This document shows, one piece after another, positions 43,054 through 51,217 of a stretch of DNA of 54,973 nucleotides (positions are counted from its first letter, which is position 1; the number at the start of each line of letters is the position of its first letter). The DNA is from Candidatus Eiseniibacteriota bacterium (GTDB lineage Bacteria; Eisenbacteria; RBG-16-71-46): assembly GCA_041483195.1 (NCBI GenBank), contig JBGPFC010000028.1, positions 1-54,973 of the forward strand. The letters run 5' to 3'. The notes under the pieces were generated by a model that was given only the letters and a program-made list of their open reading frames with translations, did not search any database and was not told where the DNA came from. The translations under genes and the position numbers were made by a program.

Positions 43054-44270
43054 CCGCGCGGCTCGATTTCCAGGTCGTAGGGCAGGGGCGTCAGGTTCTC
43101 GACGCCGCCGTCCAAGCGCACCAGCACCAGATCCTCGATGCGGGCGCCCATCCCTCGCGACGGGTAGTAGAGGCCGGGCTCGACGGTGACCACCATGCCC
43201 GGCTCCAGCGGCTGCGTGTTGGAGGCCGGGCCCCCGAGGCGCGGCGCTTCGTGCACCGAGAGACCCACGCCGTGGCCGAGGCCGTGCACGTATCCCTCCT
43301 CGGTGCCCTGCCGGGTGCGCGTGGTCGCGTGACCGCGGGCCTCGAACACGTCGCACACTTTTTCCTGCGCGCCACGGCAGGGCTCGCCGACCCGGAGGGC
43401 GTTCATCCCGGCGCGGAACGCGTCGTGCACGTCGGCGTACAGGCGCTGGAGCGGCTCCGGCGCCCTGCCCATGCAGAACGTGCGCGTGAGGTCGCTGTAG
43501 TAGCCGCCGCCCGCCTCCCCCGGGAAGATGTCCACCAGCAGCGGCGTTCCCGCGCGCAGCAGCTCGTCGTCGTTGCCGCGATTGTGCGGAACGCCGGCGT
43601 CCCGTCCCTGCGAGACGATCGACTCTCCGCCCTCGAGCCCGTGCTCGAGGAACTCCGCGTGGAGCAGCCGCCGCAGGTCGCCGAGCTTCACCGGTTCGCC
43701 GCCGTTCGCGCGGAAGTGATCGCCGTCGCGCCTCAGCGCTGACAGGAATTCGCGGAGCCGCTCGATGCCGCGGACCGCGCCGCGCGAGGCGTGACGGATC
43801 GCGGTGATCTCGGATTCGCTCTTCGTCATGCGCGCGAGCGAGAGGATGTCGGGATGGCTGTCGTCCACCGTGATGCCCGGCAGCGCCTCGCGCAGGCGCG
43901 CGAGCAGCCGGTCGGCGAACCCGATCGGGACCTCGCCGAACAGCGCGATCTTCCCGCTCATGCCGAGCGTCGCGCAGGTCTCGCCGATCAGCCGGCCGAA
44001 CACTCGCGCCGGGGTCTTCTCCTCTTCGACCAGCCGCGTCATGCCGTGCTGCTCGAACGCCGAGTGCTCGCAGCCCACCGCCGCCGCCTGGTCGCGCTCC
44101 ATCGGATCGTGGATCAGGTGCTCGCGGCCGTCGGATGCGCGGAAGTAGATCCCGTAATGGATGCGCTGCCCGGCGGCGTAGTACATCGCCGGACTGTAGC
44201 GGTCGTGAGCGAACACCACGAGGCCGGCGATGCCGCGCTCTCGCATGAGGCGATCGAGGTCCTGTCGCAC
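43050..44270 (-). CDS. M24 Xaa-Pro aminopeptidase
   Basis: DIFP...YYSDLTRT, HGLGHGVGLSVHEAP, TVEPGLY and RIED motifs; AAGGAG RBS. Confidence 0.92.
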   Translation of the reverse strand: MRQDLDRLMRERGIAGLVVFAHDRYSPAMYYAAGQRIHYGIYFRASDGREHLIHDPMERDQAAAVGCEHSAFEQHGMTRLVEEEKTPARVFGRLIGETCATLGMSGKIALFGEVPIGFADRLLARLREALPGITVDDSHPDILSLARMTKSESEITAIRHASRGAVRGIERLREFLSALRRDGDHFRANGGEPVKLGDLRRLLHAEFLEHGLEGGESIVSQGRDAGVPHNRGNDDELLRAGTPLLVDIFPGEAGGGYYSDLTRTFCMGRAPEPLQRLYADVHDAFRAGMNALRVGEPCRGAQEKVCDVFEARGHATTRTRQGTEEGYVHGLGHGVGLSVHEAPRLGGPASNTQPLEPGMVVTVEPGLYYPSRGMGARIEDLVLVRLDGGVENLTPLPYDLEIEPRG

Positions 44271-44362
44271 TGGAGTCTCCTTGGCTTCGCCTGGGAATGG
44301 CGTCCGTCCCGTGTCGGGGGAGCGATGCTACTCCATTCCATCGGCAGGGGAGAAGGCCGGTC

Positions 44363-45064
44363 CTAGGGCTCCACCCGGGCGCGCGATCGCGCCGGGCGGC
44401 GCCCGCGGCCGAAGGCGTGCATCACGAGCGCCCCGAATACGAACCCGCCGATGTGCGCCCACCACGCGACGCCGCCGGCGCCCGGGCCCTGGCCGAGCGA
44501 GAGCGTTCCGATGATGAACTGGAACACGAACCACAATCCGAGCACGAGCAGCGCGGGGAGCGCCATGATCTGGAAGAACGGGAAGAGCGGGACGAGCGTG
44601 ATGACGCGCGCGCGCGGATACGCGACGGCGTACGCGCCGAGCACCGCCGCGATCGCGCCGCTGGCGCCCACCGTCGGCAGCACTGAGCCCGGATTCGAGA
44701 GGACGTGGATGATCGAGGCGACCACGCCGGCCACCAGGTAGAACACGAGATAGCCCGCGCGGCCCAGCCGGTCCTCGACGTTGTCGCCGAAGATCCAGAG
44801 GTACCACATGTTTCCGATCAGGTGCGCCCAGCCGCCGTGGAGAAACATCGAGCTGCCGAATGAGAGCGCCGGAGCGAGCAACGGCTCGCCCCCCTGCAGC
44901 GAGAGCACCACGCGCGCCGGCACCACGCCCCACTGGGCGACGAAGTCGCGCAGCGCGGGGCCGAGCGTCAGCTCGTAGAGGAACGCCGCGGCATTGAGCG
45001 CGATCAGCGCACGCGTCACCACCGGCGCGCGGTCGGCTGGATTTTCGTCACGCAGCGGGAACAT
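44363..45064 (-). CDS. Rhomboid intramembrane serine protease
   Basis: MFLHGGW.HL.GNM, GASGA and AHIGGF motifs. Confidence 0.93.
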   Translation of the reverse strand: MFPLRDENPADRAPVVTRALIALNAAAFLYELTLGPALRDFVAQWGVVPARVVLSLQGGEPLLAPALSFGSSMFLHGGWAHLIGNMWYLWIFGDNVEDRLGRAGYLVFYLVAGVVASIIHVLSNPGSVLPTVGASGAIAAVLGAYAVAYPRARVITLVPLFPFFQIMALPALLVLGLWFVFQFIIGTLSLGQGPGAGGVAWWAHIGGFVFGALVMHAFGRGRRPARSRARVEP

Positions 45065-45155
45065 GGGCCAGCCTGTGATGCGAGTGGTCCGCGCGCCGCC
45101 GTGCAACCGGCTCGCGCGGTGGCGCGAGCGTGCGCCGGGGCGCGCGGAACGCGGG

Positions 45156-45185
45156 TTGACGCGGTCCCGAGAGCCTGACTATGCT
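45156..45185 (+). promoter_or_regulatory. sigma70 promoter of trxA
   Basis: TTGACG-18nt-TATGCT. Confidence 0.65.
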
Positions 45186-45283
45186 GAACGGGTCGATTCA
45201 CAAACGCGCGGGATCTTTTCGCCCCCTCGAGGCATCCGAAGGGGCGTTTCGCTGGATACTAGGTCGACCGGGGGGGTGTTGTC

Positions 45284-45607
45284 ATGGGAAACGCAGTTGC
45301 CGTCACCGACCAGAATTTCGAGAAGGAAGTTCTCCAGTCGTCGGTGCCGGTACTCGTGGACTTCTGGGCGGCGTGGTGCGGTCCGTGCCGGACCATCGCG
45401 CCTGCGGTCGAGGAGATCGCGACGGAGTACGCGGGGCGGCTCAAGGTGGTGAAGCTCGACGTGGACGAGAGCGGTGACGTGGCGGGACGCTACGGAGTGC
45501 AGAGCATCCCGACCCTGATGCTCTTCAAGGGCGGCAATCCGGTCGAGCGCATGGTGGGGGCCTACCCGAAGCCCGCGATGCTCTCGAAGATCACGCCACA
45601 CATCTAG
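45284..45607 (+). CDS. trxA: Thioredoxin
   Basis: VDFWAAWCGPC and SIPTL in a 107-aa protein. Confidence 0.96.
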   Translation: MGNAVAVTDQNFEKEVLQSSVPVLVDFWAAWCGPCRTIAPAVEEIATEYAGRLKVVKLDVDESGDVAGRYGVQSIPTLMLFKGGNPVERMVGAYPKPAMLSKITPHI

Positions 45608-45704
45608 CCAGGCGCGAATTCCGCGGCCCGTGTCTCACGCAGACGCGGGCCGCCGTGCCTTCTCTCGCATCGGGGGCGCCGCCCTTCGGGCGCCCCGCGC
45701 GCGG

Positions 45705-47297
45705 CTACGTCGCGCGGCCCCGGCGCTCGAGCGCCTCGTCGCGCAGCCGCGCCAGCGCGTGCAGCGCCTCCGGGAGCGCCTCCGCCACGTCGCCGGCGCT
45801 CATGCCCAGCTGGCCCTTCGCTTCCGCCACGCGGTCGCCCGCCTCGCCGTGCACGAACACGCCGGCGCGCGCGGCGTCGTATGGCGCGAGGCCCTGCGCC
45901 ATCAGCGCGGCGATGACGCCCGCCAGCACGTCGCCGGTGCCGGCGGTCGCGAGCCCGGGATTGCCGGTGGGATTCACGGCCGCGCGCCCGTCCGCATCGG
46001 CGGTCACGGTGGGCGCTCCCTTCAGCACCACGACCACCTTCCACCGCGCGGCCCACTCGCGCGCGAGATCGATGCGCCGCGCCTCGAGCGCTGCCGGATC
46101 GAGGCCGGTGAGCCGGCTCATCTCGCCGAGATGGGGGGTGAGCACCAGCGGCGCGCCGCCCTCGAAAGCTGCACGGCCCTCGAACGCGTTGAGGCCGTCG
46201 GCGTCGAGCACCATCGGCACGCGGCGCGAGGCGACGAGGCGCCGCGCCAGCTCCGCGGCATCGGCATCGCGCGAGAGCCCGGAGCCCAGCACGATCGCGT
46301 CCACGCGCTCCGCCCAGCGCGCGATCGCGTCGTGCGCGTTGACCGAGAGAGAGCGCGCGCCGGACTCCGGCGCGGGCAGCGTCATCTGCTCCAGGAGCTT
46401 CGCCGCGAACACGTCGTTCAGGCTCGCGGGCACCGCGCACTGCACGTAACCCGCGCCGGCACGGGTGGCCGCGCGCGCGGCGAGGGTGACGGCGCCGGTG
46501 AGCCCCGGCGAGCCGCCCACCACCAGCACGCGTCCCGCCGAGCCCTTGTGCGCCCGCGGGTCGCGGACCGGCAATCGCGCCGCGACCTCGATGCGGGTCG
46601 GCATCTCGACCGCGAAGCGCCCGTTCCCGGCCGGCGCGGGCGCGAGCCCGATGTTCACCACCTCGAGCGCGCCAACGAACGCGCGTCCCGGGTAGAGCAG
46701 CTGCCCGCGTTTCGGCGCGCCGAACGTCACGGTGAGATCGGCGCGCGTCGCGCGGCGTGCGATCTCGCCGGTGTCGGGATGCACGCCGGTCGCGATGTCC
46801 ACCGCCACCACGCGCGTTCCGGCGTCGTCCAGGTCGCGCAGCGCCTGGACGGCGGCGGCGATCAGGCCTTCCGGCGCGCCGCGTGCGCCGGTTCCGAGCA
46901 GCGCGTCGAGCGCGAAATCCCAGCGATCGCGCGATGCGGTAAGGCGCGCGAGCGCCTCCTCCGAACCGATCTCGACGACCGAGACGCCGTCCGATTCCAT
47001 GCGATCCATGTGCCGTTTCGCGTCGCCCTGCACGCGGGCACGCTCGCCGATCAGCCCCACCTGCGCCTCCGCGCCACGCGCGCGCAGGTGCCGCGCCGCG
47101 ACGAAGCCGTCGCCGCCGTTGTTCCCGGTGCCGCACAGCACCAGCACGCGCAGCGCGAGGGTCGGCCCGTAACGCCGCTCCATGGCCACGACCACGCCCG
47201 CCCCGGCGCGCTCCATGAGGGTCTCGCCCGACGCGTGGCCGCCATCGATGGTCGCGCGGTCGAGCGCGCGCATTTCCTCGGCGGTGACGAGCAGCAT
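45705..47297 (-). CDS. nnr: Bifunctional NAD(P)H-hydrate epimerase/dehydratase
   Basis: LMERAG, GTGNNGGDG, DALLGTG, HKG..G, DADGL, TPH.GE and GTGDVLAG motifs. Confidence 0.93.
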   Translation of the reverse strand: MLLVTAEEMRALDRATIDGGHASGETLMERAGAGVVVAMERRYGPTLALRVLVLCGTGNNGGDGFVAARHLRARGAEAQVGLIGERARVQGDAKRHMDRMESDGVSVVEIGSEEALARLTASRDRWDFALDALLGTGARGAPEGLIAAAVQALRDLDDAGTRVVAVDIATGVHPDTGEIARRATRADLTVTFGAPKRGQLLYPGRAFVGALEVVNIGLAPAPAGNGRFAVEMPTRIEVAARLPVRDPRAHKGSAGRVLVVGGSPGLTGAVTLAARAATRAGAGYVQCAVPASLNDVFAAKLLEQMTLPAPESGARSLSVNAHDAIARWAERVDAIVLGSGLSRDADAAELARRLVASRRVPMVLDADGLNAFEGRAAFEGGAPLVLTPHLGEMSRLTGLDPAALEARRIDLAREWAARWKVVVVLKGAPTVTADADGRAAVNPTGNPGLATAGTGDVLAGVIAALMAQGLAPYDAARAGVFVHGEAGDRVAEAKGQLGMSAGDVAEALPEALHALARLRDEALERRGRAT

Positions 47298-47299
47298 GG

Positions 47300-48181
47300 T
47301 CAGTGCAGGGTGAAGGTGATGGGGACGTCGACGCGGAAGCGCGACGGCCGCCCTTCCGCACGAAACGGCTTGAACCGGAGCCCGCGCACGCACGCGAGCG
47401 CCACGCTGTCGAGCTCCGCGATGCTGCGCGTCACCTGCGTCTCGATCACGGCGCCGCCGGTGTCCACCAGCGCCCGCACCCACACCCGGCCCTGCACCCC
47501 CGCGGCGCGCGCCGCGCGCGGATACTGAGGATGGAGCGATGCGGCCTCCGCGAGCTCGGGCGCGCCGAGGCCCGGATTCGATGCGCCGGGCGAGAGCCTC
47601 AGCACCTCGGGCCACACCGCCACCGTCTCGGCGGCCGCGGCCCCGCGATGCGGCCTCGCGAGGGCGTGCGGCGCCTGGTAGGGCTCGACATCGGCCGTGA
47701 GCGAACGCGGCTGCCGGTGGAGCTTGACGAGTGTCTCCCCGGTCCACTCGCACACCCGGGACGCGGGGTCGAGCGTCTCGCACCGGCGGCGAAACCCGAG
47801 GGTCGCGAGCTGATCCTCGACGTAGTCGAGCGCGTGCGGCGCCTCGTCCTTCGCGACGAATCGCGCGCGAGCGAGCCGGTCGTGCAGAAAGACGAGCGAT
47901 GCTTCGGTGTCGACCCCGAACCAGCGCATGCCGCCCCGCCTCGTCACGAGACCGCGCGGGCCCGGCGCGGGAATCACCACGAGCGCCTCGCTTGCCAGCA
48001 CCCGCTCCTGCGAGAACCCGAAGCGCAGCCACGTGCCGGGCACCCGCAGCGAGGTGTCGGCGCCGGCCGCGCCCTCGGCCGGCGGCGGGTAAATCGAATC
48101 GGCCACGGCTCGAGCCGGAGTCTGGAGCGCCGAGTCCGCAGACGCCACGCCGGTCAGCAGGCCGAGCATGAGCAGGAACAC
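47300..48181 (-). CDS. TonB C-terminal domain protein
   Basis: C-terminal P.YP..AR.AGVQG.V.V...VD..G.V...LD..A...V...F.P...VP+.F motif; N-terminal signal/TM. Confidence 0.8.
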   Translation of the reverse strand: MFLLMLGLLTGVASADSALQTPARAVADSIYPPPAEGAAGADTSLRVPGTWLRFGFSQERVLASEALVVIPAPGPRGLVTRRGGMRWFGVDTEASLVFLHDRLARARFVAKDEAPHALDYVEDQLATLGFRRRCETLDPASRVCEWTGETLVKLHRQPRSLTADVEPYQAPHALARPHRGAAAAETVAVWPEVLRLSPGASNPGLGAPELAEAASLHPQYPRAARAAGVQGRVWVRALVDTGGAVIETQVTRSIAELDSVALACVRGLRFKPFRAEGRPSRFRVDVPITFTLH

Positions 48182-48197
48182 GCGTCGCCCGCCGTCG

Positions 48198-48542
48198 CTA
48201 GCGCTTGCGGGCGCGCCCCCGCGCCTCGCCGCCCAGGTCGCGCTCGAGGCGGGCGCGATACTCCGGGTCGCGCTCCGCGCGGGCGACGAGATCGGGATCG
48301 GAGGAGATGAAGGGCAGATCGAACAGCTCGGGATCGGCCTCCTGCTCCGCGTAGAGCTTCTCCTGCGCGTGACGCTGGAACGATACCGCCTTCTCGATCG
48401 TGTCGGTCGTGCGTCCGGGGAGAAACGTGTTGTGGAAGACGTCGTACACGTAGACGTAGAAATGACCGTCGAGGCCGCTCGTTCCCTCGGGCGGCTGGTG
48501 GACCTTTGCCTTCGCAGCCTTGACCTTGCTCGTCCCCATCAT
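48198..48542 (-). CDS. Conserved-looking hypothetical protein (114 aa)
   Basis: GGAGG RBS, codon usage matching the genome, position within the operon. Confidence 0.7.
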   Translation of the reverse strand: MMGTSKVKAAKAKVHQPPEGTSGLDGHFYVYVYDVFHNTFLPGRTTDTIEKAVSFQRHAQEKLYAEQEADPELFDLPFISSDPDLVARAERDPEYRARLERDLGGEARGRARKR

Positions 48543-48560
48543 GACCTCCCGGTTCGAGCC

Positions 48561-49298
48561 CTACGCCCCGCGGTCCGCCCGCGGAGCGCCTGCCGTCGCG
48601 CGCGCATCCGAGCCGGCGGCCGAGTTCAGCCGGTCCACGATCGCGACCAGCTGGAACACGTCGTCGATGTCGAAATCCGCGCCCGATTCCTTGGTGTCGA
48701 AGGTGTCGCCGTAGCGCGCGAAGACCGTCTTCATGCCGAGGCCGCGCGCCCCGACCACGTCGCGCTCCGCCCAGTCGCCCACCATCAGGGCGGCCGCCGG
48801 CTCGACGCCCAGGCGGCCGAGCACCTCGCGAAACGGCGCGGCGCCCGGCTTGCGCTCGCCGGTGTCGTCGAAGGTCACGACCGCGTCGAACACGTGCTGG
48901 AGCGAGAGCGAGCAGATCCGCAGCCACACCTGCGCGCGCGGCGCGTCGGACACGACGCCCAGCCGGATGCCGCGCTTCGCCAGCTCGAGCAGCGTCATCT
49001 GCACGTGCGGGTAGAGCACCAGCGTGGACTCGCGGGCCCGGCGGTAGGCGACGATCCCCGATGCCAGGATGCGCGGATCGATGCGGCCCAGCTCGCTCGC
49101 GAGCAGCTCGTCGAAGACGCGCTGATACTCGAGACCCTGCTCCTGGTAGATCGCGTCGATGCGCGCTCGCACCGCGTCACGCGGCAGCTGCAGCCCGGCG
49201 TCGATCATTCCGTCGATCGCGGCGTCGATCGCCGCCGCCTTCATCTTCATGAAGTCGGTGAGCGTGTTGTCGAGATCGAAGACGATCGCTCGAATCAA
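48561..49298 (-). CDS. HAD-superfamily hydrolase (subfamily IA)
   Basis: FDLDNTL, VVSD, KP and MVGDW..RD motifs; TTG start directly after the upstream stop. Confidence 0.92.
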   Translation of the reverse strand: MIRAIVFDLDNTLTDFMKMKAAAIDAAIDGMIDAGLQLPRDAVRARIDAIYQEQGLEYQRVFDELLASELGRIDPRILASGIVAYRRARESTLVLYPHVQMTLLELAKRGIRLGVVSDAPRAQVWLRICSLSLQHVFDAVVTFDDTGERKPGAAPFREVLGRLGVEPAAALMVGDWAERDVVGARGLGMKTVFARYGDTFDTKESGADFDIDDVFQLVAIVDRLNSAAGSDARATAGAPRADRGA

Positions 49299-49490
49299 CT
49301 ACTTGCTCGACAGGCCGATGCTGCGCCCCAGACTGATCTCGCCATTGTCGATGCGGATGTTGTAGCCGCACCCCGGATTGCTGCAGACCCATGCCTTGTA
49401 GGTGATGGGCGCTCCATCGCGACCGTAGTCGGAGAGCGGCAGCAGGACCCCATCGCTGCACTTGCGGCATTCGGGGAAGCTCGCTTCCAT
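49299..49490 (-). CDS. Small zinc-ribbon-like protein (63 aa)
   Basis: CRKC...CSNPGC Cys pattern; G-rich SD upstream; abuts the HAD start. Confidence 0.75.
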   Translation of the reverse strand: MEASFPECRKCSDGVLLPLSDYGRDGAPITYKAWVCSNPGCGYNIRIDNGEISLGRSIGLSSK

Positions 49491-49595
49491 CCCAGACCCC
49501 CTCCCTCCAGAAGACACGGCCCCATTGCCGGTGGGCCGTCATACTAGGCGAGAAGAATGCGGGCGTCGAGGTCTCGCGGAGGCGTCTCCCGCGCG

Positions 49596-50321
49596 TCACG
49601 TCGAGCGAATCCCCGCCGCCAGCGGCCAGATCGTCACGTTGCCGACCGCGACGTGATCCGGCGCAGCACAGATCCACGCGATCAGCGATGCGATCTCGTC
49701 GGGCTCGAGATTTCGATCGCGCTCCTCGGAGCCCGGCGCGATCGCGCGGCCCGCCGAGTTGATGTTGTGCGGATACACCAGGCTCACCCGCACGCGATGG
49801 GGCTTCACTTCGAGGGCGACCGATTCGAGCAGTCCGCGCAGTCCCCACTTGCTCGCCGCGTAGGCGGCGGAGCCCGGCTGCCCGACCGTCCCGCCCAGCG
49901 ACGAGATGCCGATCACCGTGCCGCGTCGCCGCCGGATCATCTCGGGCAGCGCCGCCTTGAGCGTGAGGAACGCGCCCTTGAGATTCAGGTCGAGCAGCAG
50001 ATCCCACATGGCCTCGGTGGTTTCGTGGAGCGGCGCCCCCTGCCAGGTGCCGGCGTTGAGCACCACGATGTCGAGCCGCCCCCAGCGCTCGATCACGGCC
50101 CGCGTCGCGCGTTCGATCTCGTCGGCGCGGGTCACGTCGGCGGGCGCGGCCATCGCGCGGGCGCCCGACGCGGTCAGCGCGGCCAGCGTCTGGTCCAGCT
50201 CGGGCCCGGGGCGCGCCGCGAGCGCCACCGCCGCGCCCTCGGCCGCGAGCGCGCGGGCGATGGCGGCGCCCAGCCCGCGGCTGCCACCGGTGATCAGCGC
50301 GACCTGGTGCTCGAGTCTCAC
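49596..50321 (-). CDS. Short-chain dehydrogenase/reductase
   Basis: TGGSRGLG, LNAG, SS and YAASK motifs; GTGA overlap with the NRDE stop. Confidence 0.92.
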   Translation of the reverse strand: MRLEHQVALITGGSRGLGAAIARALAAEGAAVALAARPGPELDQTLAALTASGARAMAAPADVTRADEIERATRAVIERWGRLDIVVLNAGTWQGAPLHETTEAMWDLLLDLNLKGAFLTLKAALPEMIRRRRGTVIGISSLGGTVGQPGSAAYAASKWGLRGLLESVALEVKPHRVRVSLVYPHNINSAGRAIAPGSEERDRNLEPDEIASLIAWICAAPDHVAVGNVTIWPLAAGIRST

Positions 50322-51085
50322 GGGGTCTCCTCGGGAGGGACGGCGCCGCCGAGCAGCGCGGAGCGATCGATCGCGGGATGATCGCACGGCCGCCCCTCCG
50401 CGTGAAGGTAGCGCGCGCGATCGCGCGCGAGCAGGACCAGCGACGCCGAGACGGTTCGTATGGGCCCCTCGTGCAGGCAGACCGGCGGGGTGCCGTCGCC
50501 GTGCGCGCGCAGCAAATCGATGAGCCCGCGCTCGGCCTCCGCGGGGCCCGCCGGCTCGAACCGCGCGAGCCGCTCGATCAGCCACGCGCAGCGCGGCTCC
50601 GCGCGGTCGTCGAGATCGGCGTGGGTGAGCGCGTGCCAGCCCCGCGGAACGCGCCGGGCCTCGATCGATTCCGCGCCGTCGTGCACCAGCAGCCAGCATG
50701 CCCCGGGCGATGCGTACACCAGCGTGAACGGCGCGTAGGTCGAGGCATGCGCGAGATCGAGCGCGGATTCGAGCGCCTCCGCCGCGCCGCCGCCGGCCGC
50801 GATCGCGAGGTCGAGCGCGAGCAGGCCGCGCGACCTTCGCCCGACGGCCGCGTCGGGATCGACCGGCTCCGGCTCGCGCCGGTTCAGCATCGCGACGATC
50901 GCGCGCCGCTCACGGATCGCGAGCCAGGTGCCGCCACTCACCAGATCGCGCCCACCCACCACGAGCGGGGACCCGTTCAGCACGCCGGGGGCGGCGCTGG
51001 CGCGCGCGGGATCCTCGTCGCGATTGGCCGCGACCACGACCGTCCCCGGCCCGAGGGCGTCGTTCCCGATGATGAGCGTGCACAT
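50318..51085 (-). CDS. NRDE/TANGO2 family protein
   Basis: N-terminal MC, ANRDE, GRD..SGGTW and SRG motifs. Confidence 0.9.
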   Translation of the reverse strand: MCTLIIGNDALGPGTVVVAANRDEDPARASAAPGVLNGSPLVVGGRDLVSGGTWLAIRERRAIVAMLNRREPEPVDPDAAVGRRSRGLLALDLAIAAGGGAAEALESALDLAHASTYAPFTLVYASPGACWLLVHDGAESIEARRVPRGWHALTHADLDDRAEPRCAWLIERLARFEPAGPAEAERGLIDLLRAHGDGTPPVCLHEGPIRTVSASLVLLARDRARYLHAEGRPCDHPAIDRSALLGGAVPPEETP

Positions 51086-51093
51086 GGCGCGCG

Positions 51094-51122
51094 ACTCTAT
51101 GTGGCGCTCCAGGGAGGGTCAA
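51094..51122 (-). promoter_or_regulatory. sigma70 promoter, near-leaderless NRDE-SDR operon
   Basis: Minus strand TTGACC-17nt-TAGAGT-8nt-ATG. Confidence 0.7.
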
Positions 51123-51144
51123 CGCGGGCGGGGCGAGGATTCGT

Positions 51145-51174
51145 TTGAGGTCGGCCGCCGCCAGCGCCTATGCT
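51145..51174 (+). promoter_or_regulatory. Divergent sigma70 promoter for the secreted protein/lipoprotein pair
   Basis: TTGAGG-18nt-TATGCT. Confidence 0.55.
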
Positions 51175-51217
51175 TGTTGACCGACCCCCATCCCTGAGAC
51201 CCCTTCAAGGCTCGAGA

